This document shows positions 51,321 to 64,000 of a stretch of 64,000 nt of DNA, in pieces. The notes below the pieces were generated by a model. The model was not told where the DNA came from. It made no database searches and worked only from the letters and a program-made list of their open reading frames with translations. The stretch comes from Ylistrum balloti (lineage: Eukaryota). Location: positions 62,001 to 126,000 of the forward strand of contig NW_026782002.1 of NCBI RefSeq assembly GCF_031769215.1, written 5' to 3'. Position 1 is the first letter of the stretch; each line of letters begins with the position of its first letter. The translations under genes and the position numbers were made by a program.

Positions 51321-54300
51321 TTCATGTACAGTATTGTAATGAATTGCAGTCTCTCAGTGTGATGAAATATGACCATTGAAAGAAAAATATTACACAAGAT
51401 TCAACTTATTATTAAGTTTTAGGTAAAGTTCAAAGAAACTCCGTAAAAAATGACTAGTAATTACATAGAAGTTAAGAATAATACAACCACAACATACAAC
51501 AAACCACGACTGTTTACACATTCGAACTCATTCTGTTTGATCACTGGAATATACATGACATTTTGTCCATACACAGTCACTAAATTCTTACTGGTATATA
51601 TTTAGATTTGTTTTAAAATCATTCTCTTGTAACCCAGGAAAATCCTAGGAAAACCAATCAGGTAAGGAGAACTGTTTTTTAGCTTGATCTGTTGAGCCAG
51701 AGATTATAGATTTGATTCCCAGCCGAGGAATTGACATTGGTAACCATGATGGGTCTCCAGATTACTCATTAGTCGCCCCACAGGCATCCCTGTAACCTCT
51801 TGACACCTGAGGACAAGTTCTGATTATTTTTGCTTGCTGTAGAATATGTAACACAGGAAAATACTAGCAACAATATACAGATTGGCTAAAGAGAACTAAC
51901 CCCCTCCCTAACCCCTGCACAAAAGACAGCCTATACTACTGATTATGGTAAATACATGATATATGCCTACCTACTGTGTACATTTTTACTTCATGTTTAC
52001 CAAAGCTTAGCCAACAAAATCATTCTATTCACAATCATCTACTCTCTGAAAAAACTAACATTTTGGATATAGATCTCTATAGAAGTATATGGTTTTAAGA
52101 TCAGCATAAATCAAACTCTGATTCATAAAATGTCTAGCTATGCAATAAATACATCAGTCTTGTAGTCAGTATTTTTTTTGTTCTTTCCTGGAAAAATGAC
52201 TCTAGTCAGTGAAAACTCCTATCTGTCACGTCTGTAATTTTGGACTGGAGTCTCCAGCTTAATTTATCTAGTAAAGGCCATCTCCACTTCTGAATTTTGG
52301 TTTCAAACTCCAGATATTAAAAATAAAATCCATTACATATATTTTTTGTCTGAAGTGCTGCCTTCTATACTAAGTTTGAACACATCATATCATAACATTT
52401 GAAGACGTTAAAGCACAGTAATTGTTGAATTTAGGTGATACAACCAACCATCTCGAGATTGTTAAAAAAAAAAAAAAAAAAATAGAGACCAGTTTTGAGC
52501 TCTTAGTAGGAATGAATACTTACATGTTTTGATAGAAAACTACTGTAAGAAGCCTATGCTACTAAATCTCTGACATTATCACTGATTACAGCATAGTACA
52601 ACAAATTCTCTCCCCTACAGTTATCTCACATAAAATATATGAACTTCACTTTTATAATTACTACAAAGTAATAAAAAAAATTCAAATCAAATTTCAATGA
52701 GTTTGTGAAAAGTTTCAACGTTGTGACATATTTATACGTAAATCTGATTAAACATGGAATTCAAATTGCACATGGTAACAAGTGTATATACACTTCTAAG
52801 CAATGCTCTGACTTTACATTCAATGTAAATAATTAATATTTCGACAATCAAATTGCAAAATTGTTGACTAGATTCTGAATAAATAATATAAAATTCAAAC
52901 ATCATTAAAACCTTAATTAAGAAGAAAAAAAATTGGTGAACACATATCGGTATCCACGAAGTCAATTTCTAATCCTTGAAGCTCTGAATGATTACTTAAG
53001 ACCTAATATTATTATGAGTATTGAATATAAAAAATTTGATATAAATTTCTAAGCATCAGAAAAAATACAATTTCAACTGAACACTTCTTAAAAATTAAAA
53101 ATAGATAAACAAATGAAATTAGTGTACATGTATACAAACTTTGCCAAAAGTTTAATATTTTCAGCTTTTAGATTTTAAGTTACATTATAAAATTACAAAA
53201 TATTCTCAATTTTAAGCTTCCATGTAATTCTGGTTACCTAGTATTTTTTTTTTTCATGAATCAAGTTCTTATAACTAAGATATTGAATAAAGGAGATGAA
53301 GGGAACTTAAACCTTCCACTTTGTGATAGCCAGAGAGTTCTGGTTTTCAAATTGAGGAAACAGCATAAGCATTACTATTCACATAACAAGAGAAAAAAAA
53401 AATTTGATCATAATTTTTTTTTTCTAATCTATAAACTGTTAACATATCACTACCCTTTTTATATAAATATTACTAATTATCAAAATTCTGTACATGTTCA
53501 GTACTTAATATTAACATACAAAATGTAAAAAAGAAAATAAAAGGTTAAAGATTGCAAATTTAAGAATTGCAAATATTAAGTTTCTGGATTTCTGATTCTA
53601 ATTACAATTCACAAAAATATGAAACTGTTCATACATCAAGTACCAAGTGAATGAATCAATATGCATTACAAAATAGGCTGAAGTCAGGCACTAAGATCAC
53701 GAATCAAATCAGGATCAATGAAATAAACTACATAATATTACTGTCCACAGACTTGTACCGCAATAGTTCACTCTACGTGGGACACATTTTTTCATTACTT
53801 CAATTTTCTGCTCATATGGCACAACAGTCCCTTTAACTTGCAAGATGCTGCTTCCATCTGTACTGATGTAACTGACCTTCATGTAAAGCCAAATGTTTTG
53901 AAAATAGATACTCTGTGGGTGCTTTTTAAATAACTCCTGGAAATATTTAATCAGTATTTTAGAAACATTTAAAATTGTATTTATGTCTTTTAAGACTGAT
54001 CGTTATTAATTTCGTAATGAGAGGTATGTTGAAACTCCATGAATTGCAGGACAGATGATCTTACAAACAGTTGTACCTACACTGTGCATGCATTCACTTC
54101 ATTTGCAGAATTTAAAACAGAAAGAGGTCAAAGTTTCCCCATGCCAGAGAAAGAAATACATTTTTATATGCCTGTCAATTTTCCTTCATGCTAATTGGTG
54201 AAAACACCTTTCATAGACCTAAAGATATATGTGATCCTGCACCAAAACAGACAGAATCTGTGCATGCAAGGTGAATATAACAGTCCAAATACCCTATTGG

Positions 54301-54932
54301 TAGTGGGCTGCAATTACAGAAGCGTGGATTGTCATCACATAATAAAACAATTACTGACCATTTTTAGGTGAATACGAAGATCTATTAACATGTCGAGCCT
54401 CACCTCAGGTGTTAATTCCCTCAACCCTTAACCTCAGCAAAAATCACCTCAGTTTAATAGATTCTTCTATTCCCATATTCACCTGGTTGAGATGAATTGT
54501 TCTTTTGGGTATACAGATTTCGATCATACTGATAATATGGTTTGAATTATACCCACATTACAGTACTTCATAGGACTTTATTTAAATTTATCAAGTTTAA
54601 ATTTTTTGGTGGTAGGTGGAGTAAGACTTTTCTGTTGTTGAAGCACACATATAGGGGAATTGTGAATATGTTAGAATTAAGCTGGAGATGTCAGACAAGT
54701 ACATAGTCTTGAGAAATATCTAGAATAAGTAAAACTTGTTAATCATGCATAAGGTCAAGGAACAGATTTTTTCAAAATTTCACTTATGTAAATTTCTTTA
54801 AATAAAAAAAAAAGGTTTCCATGAAAGATTACAAATGATTTATCCTTTTTATACAAAAAGACCTCAAATATAAAATGAATGAAAAAGCAACACTGTGACA
54901 AAAATTTCCAATGAAATATTTTGGTTGAATCA

Positions 54933-57900
54933 TTACTGATTGACAGGGAGATTCTGTGGCTGATGTGTGCTGTAATCTGCATTCTGATTGGCTGTTGGTG
55001 AATGAATTTCCTGATTTGGTGATCCCTGATTGGATGATTGAAATAAAGAGTACGGTGGGGGCTGGGGAAGGCCACTGCTGGTAGAATCGGTACCTCCTAT
55101 AGAAAAAATGAACAAGAAGATGACAATAGGAACACAAGCAACATATGAAATATAATTTTGTTCTGTAAAACACCTTCACACAGCTATTATTGTGTTTATG
55201 TTATAAAAGAGATTAAAAATTCCACTTAAAATTACAAACTTAAAGAGTTAAATGTCATAGCATTTCTTGAAAATAAGATCATACTTTCAGCATTTTTTTA
55301 AAAGAAATCTTTTCCTTTCCATTTTATGGAAATTTATTAACAAAATGTAAAATTAAACAATGGCTTATTATCTAAATGGGGAACTCTCACTCATTGTTGC
55401 TGTACACATAGCAAAAATTCATTCGTTTGGCCAATAGAATTCCAGGAAATTCTTTTCCCATTTAGATAATAACTAAATTTTACATGTTCATTCGGATAAT
55501 AACATGTTATTATTTAAGTTTCGGATCAGGTTAAATTATTAGGAAGTTAAGGTGTTATGTGAATGTTTTTATAAGGTATACACATGGTGAGTAGCCCCAA
55601 AGAAGAGCCAAATGTAATTCTTATGACAAATCTTGTTATGTAGTGTTTTAAATAATAAATAGTATGTAAACCTTAACTATGGCGTTTCTTATGTTGTGTA
55701 TAAACTTCTAAAAACGTTCACAAGTACAACTTATATTGTATACTATGTTTTACCCTTCATAAGCTTTAGGTCAATCTGTTCTTCACTAGAAGCTTATGTG
55801 TAAGTAGACAGCTTTATACACTGACCTGAGCTGTTTGTAGATACAATATGTTGAGTGCCTGGATAAGGTGGTAACACTAATTCTGATTTGTGAGTAGGGT
55901 ATAACTCGGGCTGCATCATCACCTGCAAACAATGAAATTAAAACAGTGAGCAAGGACTCCTATATCTTCCCCATTCCCCCATATTTTCTTCTAATCTAAA
56001 TCTATTGGTTTATGCAGGTGACCTCTGACCTTTGACCTTGACTAATTAAAACCAACATCTATGCAGGTAGACCTTGGTGGGGTGATGCTATTGTTTAAAT
56101 AAACTAATCTGTCAATGAGGTCCATGAGATATGTTGTACACAAAGTTATCAAGCAATGACAGAGGAATACATCAAATGATTACTATGTAACCCACTTATG
56201 TACATAAGTGGGGAAAACATCTGTTTGGTGGGTTGAAATTGATCCTGTAAACTTAGTTTGGAGTCAAATTCTCAATATCCCTATAACTTTTAGAGTCCCA
56301 TATATGTTTGAATATAAATCAATATACATATTACTTCTAGAGTCCCAAATAACCCTGAATATAAATCAATATTCCTATAATGTTTAGAGTCACCGATTTG
56401 TTTGAATATTTTAAAATGACAACTACAGAACTGGTAAGTCAGAAAGGGCCCCACAATGTGTATGACTCTAAACATAAGAGCTATATCAAAAAGTTTCAAA
56501 GATAAGTATTATTGCTTACCTCTCATGACAGCCTGGATATATTTTAAATGATATAAATACTGAGAAAAATCAAAGTCGTGTGGCCTCTACCTTGTAATTC
56601 TTACTATCTTTTTCATTATCTTAAGACTTGTAAATATATCTATCAGTCAAAAATCAGAATGTTGACATTGGCATCTAAGTGTCTCATGTTTTTTTTTTTT
56701 TAATTTTGATCTCTCTGGTCCATAATCTCATTAAAATATCTTTTCCAATGAAAGTATATATTATTTGACCTTGACACTTAGCTCTATTTTCTACAACAGA
56801 GACCTTGACATTAGAAACTCTTTAAACCCCTATTGCACTTTTGCATATCACAGTTCAACATCATGTGAAATTTCAGAAAGTTTGCCATGGATTTCTGCGT
56901 TCGGAAAGGAAAGTGCAGACAGACAATTGGACAAGCACTGTACTTACTAGAGAACAGAAATATTTCCATACAAAGTCCTAACAAGGGACAAATGGTAAGC
57001 TCAATATGAAATAAACGGTGATAAGGATGGCTACCTGGGACAATTTTAATGCACTGTACTTATATTCTAAGCCAGGTTTAAATTGCAGTGGCTTCAATCT
57101 CTCTATGCTGTAGATTGCTTTGTTTCCTTAGTTGTGTTACAGAAGTAGTAATATCTTACCTCGGAATAAGCTGGAGGTTGCATAGTCACTCCTGATCTGA
57201 CATCTCCACTACCAGTGTAACCAAAGTTGGAATGTGAGGCTGGGATATGGGAGGGATTGACATTGATTCCACTCCTTAAGGTGCTTGTCTGGCGCGAGTT
57301 ATGTCCCAGCTGTGAGGTCACAGTCACTGCACACACACCACGTGACCTCGCAAATCTCTGCCTCTGTTTATAATACCCACAGCCACCAAAACATGACATG
57401 AGGACGAACAGTACAATGAACCTGTAATCAATGTATGTATATTTTTTATCCAGAAATATTCTATTGTAGATAACTCTACACTACACAGGGAAAACATTTG
57501 CCCTCACAAAATTTGCCTTCGCCCAGTGTTGTATTCACCCTGACAGCACAATAAAATACATTTAATATTTTCAATTACAATTCAAACTTTATGCCATATG
57601 CTTAATTCATAAAAATTAAACGGACAAAAGGCTTCGCCCAATGTTGATAACAGAACAACAACATAAATGTATAACTTTTGTCTTTCAATTTTCACTTCAA
57701 ACTTTACCCAATGATTTCTATTCACTTAATTGATAAAAGGATGAAACAGACAAAAGTTACACTAAAGTCTTCGCCCAATGTCGTATTAACCCTAATAGCA
57801 CAACATAAATGTATACCTTTTGTCTTTCAATTTTCACTTCAAACTTTGCCCAATGATTTCTATTCACTTAATTGATAAAAGGATGAAACAGACAAAAGTT

Positions 57901-60900
57901 ACACTACAGTGAAAAATTTCCCTTTTCATTATTTGTGGGGGATATAATCTTGTTAAACACTTAGATATTGAGATTGAGGGAAATTAAATAACATTTTAAA
58001 CAAATGTTTTATAGTGAATTAAAAAAATTGTAAGAAAATGCATTCCTGTGTACTGCTAGAGATACCATTGTGGGAAATTAAATCACAAGCCTTAATCAGG
58101 ACGCAAAAAATAAAGCAACTGTAGTAAGTAAAACGCTTAACGTAAGACAAATATTTGGTAGTAATTTTACAGATCTGCTAATACAGGCACCCCATCATGG
58201 ACATGGAGTTATAGCAATATTAGCATATGAATTTACATACAATGTACTATAAAAATACCTACCTAAAATTTGTAATTGTAATATCACTTTCAAATTCAGA
58301 AAATTAAAAAGTCTTTAACCAGAAGTGTTACTTGGTAGGTAAATATTTGTAAACTTTACCCTTTCCTCATGATGGGAACAAGAAAAACTGGGGTTAAATT
58401 ACAGTCACATCGCCGATGATGTGGCATTCATATATCAAATAAAACACTGCAATGACATAGTCTTTTCATAAAAAAAGTATTTTATTACATTCCAAGCCAT
58501 GAAGAAAGTTTTAGTTTGACATTTCCAGGTTTTAAAGAAGTTATAACTTTAACCACTTTATGACCACATTTGTACCTCGGGGCCAATCAGAGATTGGAAA
58601 CATTTGCACAACTTTAAGTTTTAAATCAATCTAGACCAAAAAAGCCTTTTTTCTTTAACAGTATAATTTGTTTTCTTATTTGACAAGTTGAATACAGAAG
58701 CATGTTGACAATGAACTGACAGATCTACGAAGCAGAAATTATTCACAATTATCATACAAGATTTCATATGAGAAGCTGTTAAATGGTGAGGCCACATGCA
58801 GAGTTTTAATATAAATCCTAAATGACAATACACAGCTTGTAGTCTTTTGTATATGTATTAATTAGACCAAGAGGTCTTGTTGTTAATATAAACCTATTTT
58901 AAGTTCTCTTTTGCTTTGTGAAATCACAGTTTAACATACCTATATCTTCTCATTACAAAATAGTTTTCAGTGGGATCTGAATTACCGTATATATCTTTTT
59001 TCATCATTTTTTTTTTGAGAGGCCATCTTGATTTTCTAACTGAACCTATATAGAAGTTATAGTTGTGGATATTTGTTAGTTTGTAATTATAATTATTTAT
59101 CATTTTTTTGTTTGTTGTAAGTACTGTAAGTAAATATATATACATCACTTATTGAGCCTCGAGGAATAATGATGTTGAAGTGGATAGTTTTCATTAATTT
59201 ACACAGCAAGTATCTATCGTCATTGCTGATAAATAAAAAGCCTTTGATCTTTTTATCCTATAGCTAAATAATGTGCACATTCCCCATTTTGGACCTGTAA
59301 TTTCTCCAGAAAACCCAAGAAAGTTATGTGAGTTTTTACAGAATTTGGTGGCTGTCTTGACTAATGTTATGCAACAACATAATGCAAGGTGCGACATTAT
59401 CCCCTGCACACCACCGCTTAAAAGAAAGACACCCAATCATATATATATATATGTTAATATTACATTCTATAATCTCTATTATATACACAGAAAGTTTGAA
59501 AGTTGTTGAGAGGAATGGTTTCCAAGTTGTAGCTCAGAATGGCTGTCCAAGGGGAGATAACCAGCAAATAAACAATTCAAACTTTAAATATCTGAATTTT
59601 TGTACTATCGCCTAATTCTTACCAGCTGTGATATAAATTTTATTCATGTTTTTCTCGTTCGCATTGATTAAAAATCAGCATATCCCAAGGTTTGCATAAC
59701 CAAACAATTATGCTATATCTGAGTAGTTCGGGTATGAGACATTCTACTATGGTTAGGGGAGGGGGGAGGGGGTTACCTTATCACAACTGGTTGTTAGTTT
59801 TGAATTTATACAAAATCATAATGTAGATGATTATATAGTTTATTGTTCATCTGGATGCACTACATTATCATATAATCCAGATGATGGAATCTTGTGCACC
59901 ACTCTCATACATCACTCACATAACCTAATAAGTCTAAAGCACAGGAGGGGTTTACTGTGGGAAGATAATGGACAGGAAAGCCCATGTAGTCAGGCAGCTG
60001 ACCCGTATACCTTTACATGTCCTTTCGAGGAATAGAATCTCTGACAACTAGGTGATAGACAAATGTGTTAGCACTACCACCCTAAAAATCAAATCCATAA
60101 CCATATCTAAATACTCAGCGCCCTGCCGAGGTTTATCTGCAGAGAGAATCAATGGAGACATACTTGAAATTCATATACATGTTTATTATTAAATTCAAAT
60201 TTTTAGCTGTCAATAATACTACCACACGAGGCCCAAACTCCCTGCATTATTCACCAGCTTTCGTTTGGTCACAAATAGAAGGGGAAGGATTTTAAATATT
60301 TCCCTTATTGAAAGTCAGATCTTGGATTTATACAAAATTAAATCCTCTCCGTCCTATTATGCTTCACAACAAAATCTGTAAAAATTTACCTTCATCACAA
60401 CAGAAGATTGACTTCTCAGTGTTTTCTCTATTTCATCGATTTCACCTACTTAACCCTGCCCATTTGGCCCAAGCGGTTCTTAGCCCTTCGTTTATACAAA
60501 ATTGAGTCCCCTTTACCAAAAAATGTTTTAAATCAAATTCCTAGATAAAATCCTGTCATTTGTAATCAAGGAGGATTTAAAAAGATTTGCTTTGTTTACC
60601 TAACGGGCTTGCTACACACTTTCTGATCTATATATATAATTCAGCAGATTTCCCAAAGTTACATTTGACAGGTTTTAAAACAAAATATGGAGCAGCCATT
60701 TTACAGTGCCATTTCCGGTTAATGACGTAATGTCATTGCCTGTATGCCATCACAATAGATTTCTGACTGGTGTAATCAAAGAAAAACACTTCAGAATATA
60801 TTACAGAAGTGACAAATACATAAAAATAGAACATGTGTAAATTCACTAAAAAACAGGCAGATTATGTGATTAAGGTTGAAATATGTGGTCACCTCTTTAA

Positions 60901-61223
60901 GGTTTATTGTACAATAACCTTACAAGTCAGAGTGAGGGAGGGCTATGAACTAACATTTAATGGTCATTTTATTTGATGTAATATGTGATATATTTGTGAG
61001 TATATTAACAGACACATGCTTATTGACAAATAATATATACAGTATATTTATTGTGACATCAAGTTCATCGACACAAACAAATTATGATAAAACAGACAAA
61101 AATACCTACCAAAAGTACCAGAGGTTGTAAAACGAAACTCTAAACGAGTAGGCATGGTGATCGTGATTGTTGTTGATGCCATAGCAACACCCACTGGGAC
61201 AACAAGTCTTAGGATAATCACAT
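54933..61223 (-). CDS. VOPP1/WBP1-like single-pass membrane protein with Cys-rich luminal motif and cytoplasmic PY motifs; 5'-partial (~212 aa seen), 4 exons
   Basis: Exons 61223-61110 (CDYPKTCCPSGCC...SFYNLWYFW), 57421-57160 (FIVLFVLMSCFGGCGYYKQRQR...QPPAYSE), 55922-55826 (VMMQPELY...LPPYPG) and 55096-54933 (...PQPPPYSL...stop); phases are consistent. The C-x5-CC-x3-CC motif, LWYFW, TM helix, basic stop-transfer and PPxY motifs form the VOPP1/WBP1 pattern. No signal-peptide exon was found in the window. Confidence 0.8.
55990..56200. mobile_element. Interspersed repeat relic carrying tgacctctgacctttgaccttg
   Basis: Shares TGACCT words and layout with the relics at 12290-12510 and 56760-56960. 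Confidence 0.4.
57620..57908. repeat. Local tandem duplication, period 142 bp
   Basis: The block caacataaatgtata...gaaacagacaaaagttacacta starts at 57659 and again at 57801, nearly identical. Confidence 0.9.
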
Positions 61224-62239
61224 CTGTAATAAATAAGGATCAGAGGATGATAATTTAAATCTATGGTTTTATTAACAGTTGCCATTGATGTTTGCCAATA
61301 TACACTTTCTTATATAAATGTCAGTACCAGGTAATTGTATATTGGAAATGTATACATATGTTCCCATGGCAACGTCATTATACCAGATGATGTATAATTA
61401 TAGTTTATGTGAATCAAGAATTATTATGATCTGTAGAGGTATAAATTAATCCTTGGCCGCTACTAGACAGATATTTACAGAGTAATCCTCAACAGTTACT
61501 ACTAGAGAGATATTTATAGAGACTGAAATTAACACTTATTATAAATATAAACCTGGTTTAATGTAATACAACTGCATGCACTGTAATTAGAAACAGCTAT
61601 TAACTTCTGTTGAGGGTGATACCAGGAATTGTTCACTCTCAGAAAAGACAATTAATATTTGTCAAGTTGAATTGAGATCTACATGTGTTTCAGTTTATAG
61701 ACATTAAAACAAATAAAAAGCATATAAATGATGTTAACAAAAGAATTTGACTTAATTTGTCTGCTCAATATAAAAAAAAAAACTTATGATAGTCAGTGAG
61801 TATATAATACATATTTGACATGTTTAAAACGTACAAAGCAAATGTGGACAGCCAGCATAATATAGAGGGCAAATTTTGAAGCCATTTGTATCTATAACAA
61901 TGCTGATGACTTGTAAGTTGTCAAATGACAGCAAGGAGCATATATTTAATGCAGAAGGACTAAAATGTCATCACACCACTCAGATCGCGGGATTCATAAA
62001 AGGGAGAATGACTCTAATTTACTCTGAAAGGCTAAAGTAAATATAGGTATAGCAGATATTGTAAGCAATGGAAAAAAACATGTCGTTTTAGAAATAATAG
62101 ATGATGTCATGTATGTTAGACAGATCAAAACCTCTAGGCTTACTTCTGTCTCCAGCTAAACTGATCACGGTCAAATTTAAGGCAAGAGAAATTCTCTTTA
62201 CCTAGCCATCAATTAAGCGGTATATTCCAGCTTGTATAC

Positions 62240-64000
62240 TATTCAGAGAAGGAGTCCTCTCGAGTAGAGCTCATGAGAAGAGCTGATGAAAGCCTGCGGG
62301 AAGCCAGTGTGCCGACAACTCTTCTGAAGACCAAAGCCAAGACCAGGATAGGGACCTGGACCATCAGAACCCAATATGCAACCAGAAAGAGTGTATTAGT
62401 TTGATGCACAGATACAACCTGAAAACACTAGGCCTATGTGAGACTAGAAGGACAGGAACAGAAAGGACAAGTCTAGTAAGTTAGTAAGTAGAGACATCAT
62501 CATCTACTCTTGACAGGAGAAGGCCAACCACATATCCATAGAGTCTGCTGTTGCTGCTGCTGACACCGGAGGCAATGCAGGTACTACTGTCCTTGGAACC
62601 TGTGTAACTAACGATTCTCATGGCAAGATTCAACTCAAAGGGCAGGATAGTCACCATCTTAAAGTGCTAAGTCTTTACCAATGTGGCAGACATCAAAACT
62701 TCTACAAGCAAATCCAACTAGTTGTAGACAAAAAACCCAAAAGAAACTTGAAAACCCTCATGGGAGACCTGAACCCTAAAGTAGGCACCAACAACACAAA
62801 CAGAGATCTCATCTTGGGCAGACATGGCACTGGAGAGCAGAACGAAAATGGCAAATTGTTCAAAGAGTTCTCCACCTTTAATGACCTGGTCATTGGAGGC
62901 ACCCTGTTTCCACACAAGACCATCCGTAAGACAATGTTAATTTCATTTGATGGCAAGATGGAGAACCAGATTGATCACATCACAATTGACAGAAAGTGGA
63001 GAAGGAGCCTGCACCATATCAGGGTGAAGCTTGGTGCGGATGCAGTATCAGACCACCACCTGGTTGTTGCAGTACTGAAGACCAAGCTGAAAGCCTACAA
63101 CAACCAGGCAGAAAGACCACCACACAAGTTCAATGTACACTGCCTGAAAGAGAATGTCAAAACAGAAGAATTCAAGACAGATTCAATTCAGTGTAGTTGC
63201 CTTACTACCAAAAGAAACAGTAGAAGAACAATGGCACAGTCTATGTGAGACCTGAAAGACAATGTGCAAGACAGCCCCGGGCAAGAAGATGAGAAACGTC
63301 TGAAAGACCAGATCAATCAGATGCAAGACCAAGCAGAGAAAGATGATCTATAGGCACACTACCGTGAGATGAAACTCTAAGTTAAGCAAAGTGCAAGAAA
63401 GGACGAAAGAAGCTACATTGAGGCTGAGAATGCTGCAGGCCAACAAAACATGAAGAGGCTATATGAAATCTCCAGGACACTCTCTGGAAATACAGCAATC
63501 AATACCCCCTCATCAAACACCATCCTAAGTGAAGAAGACCAGAAAGCAAGATGGGTAGAGCACTTCAAGGAAACACTCAACACACCAGCACTACCTGCCC
63601 CATCAGACATCCCACTGACGACCCAGGTCCTAGATATCAACATCAACCCGCTAGCAAGACAGAGATCGCCAAGGCCATCAAGTCACTCAAGCCAGGCAAG
63701 GCAGCAGGCCCGACTTTGACTGAGATGCTGCACCCATTCCTTAGCAAGATTTGGGAACAGGAGCAAGTGCCAGAAGACTGGAAGCATGGACACTTAGTAA
63801 AACTACCGAAGAAAGGAGATCTGTTATCCTGCAACAACTGGCGGGGAATTATGCTGCTGTTATTGAGAAGAAACATTCTTTAGAGGCTGAAGACTGCCTT
63901 AGACACTCCAGGATGAACATGTAGGCTTCGGACAAGATCGCTCATTCAAGCCATGTCGCAATCATGCATATCATCATCGAGCAGTCCCTAGAGTGGCAGA
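62240..64000 (+). mobile_element. Decayed RTE-clade LINE (APE endonuclease and start of RT), runs off the window end
   Basis: From ATG 62273: MRRADESLREASVPTTLLKTKAKTRIGTWTIRT (endonuclease start GTWNVRT). Then MGDLNPKVG, ENGKLF, NQIDHITI, SDHHLVVA, RWVEHFKETLN, KAAGP, VPEDWKHGHLVKLPKKGDLLSCNNWRGIMLL. These fall in several frames with stops and frameshifts, so the element is non-functional. Confidence 0.88.

Noticed and set aside
59194-59615. Overlapping 78-83 aa ORFs in the VOPP1-like intron
   Set aside because: No homology recognised, they run into a (TA)n tract, and the sequence resembles repeat relics.

Overview
AT-rich, intron-rich animal genomic DNA. Repeat style, SINE relics and CpG pattern suggest a bivalve mollusc (inference). 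I reconstructed five protein-coding genes by hand, with GT-AG junctions and consistent phases. (1) The 3' 13 exons (~370 aa) of a rifampicin-phosphotransferase/PigC-type His-swivel phosphotransferase, + strand, 653-12683. (2) TMEM177, - strand, 18756-21180. (3) Wolframin/WFS1, + strand, 22240-29202, 792 aa, head-to-head with TMEM177 at a CCAAT/ETS/YY1 promoter. (4) A secreted 700-aa heme peroxidase of the peroxidase-cyclooxygenase superfamily, - strand, 14 coding exons, 35681-45849. (5) The 3' four exons of a VOPP1/WBP1-like PY-motif membrane protein, - strand, 54933-61223. Also present: a decayed RTE-clade LINE (~62240 to window end), several minisatellite arrays, SINE relics and many relics of a non-autonomous interspersed repeat family. 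There is no CRISPR array and no recognisable rRNA or tRNA gene. The best candidate for an undescribed system is the spliced, apparently intact RPH/PigC-architecture small-molecule dikinase of unknown substrate in an animal. No database search was run; family calls rest on motif recognition.
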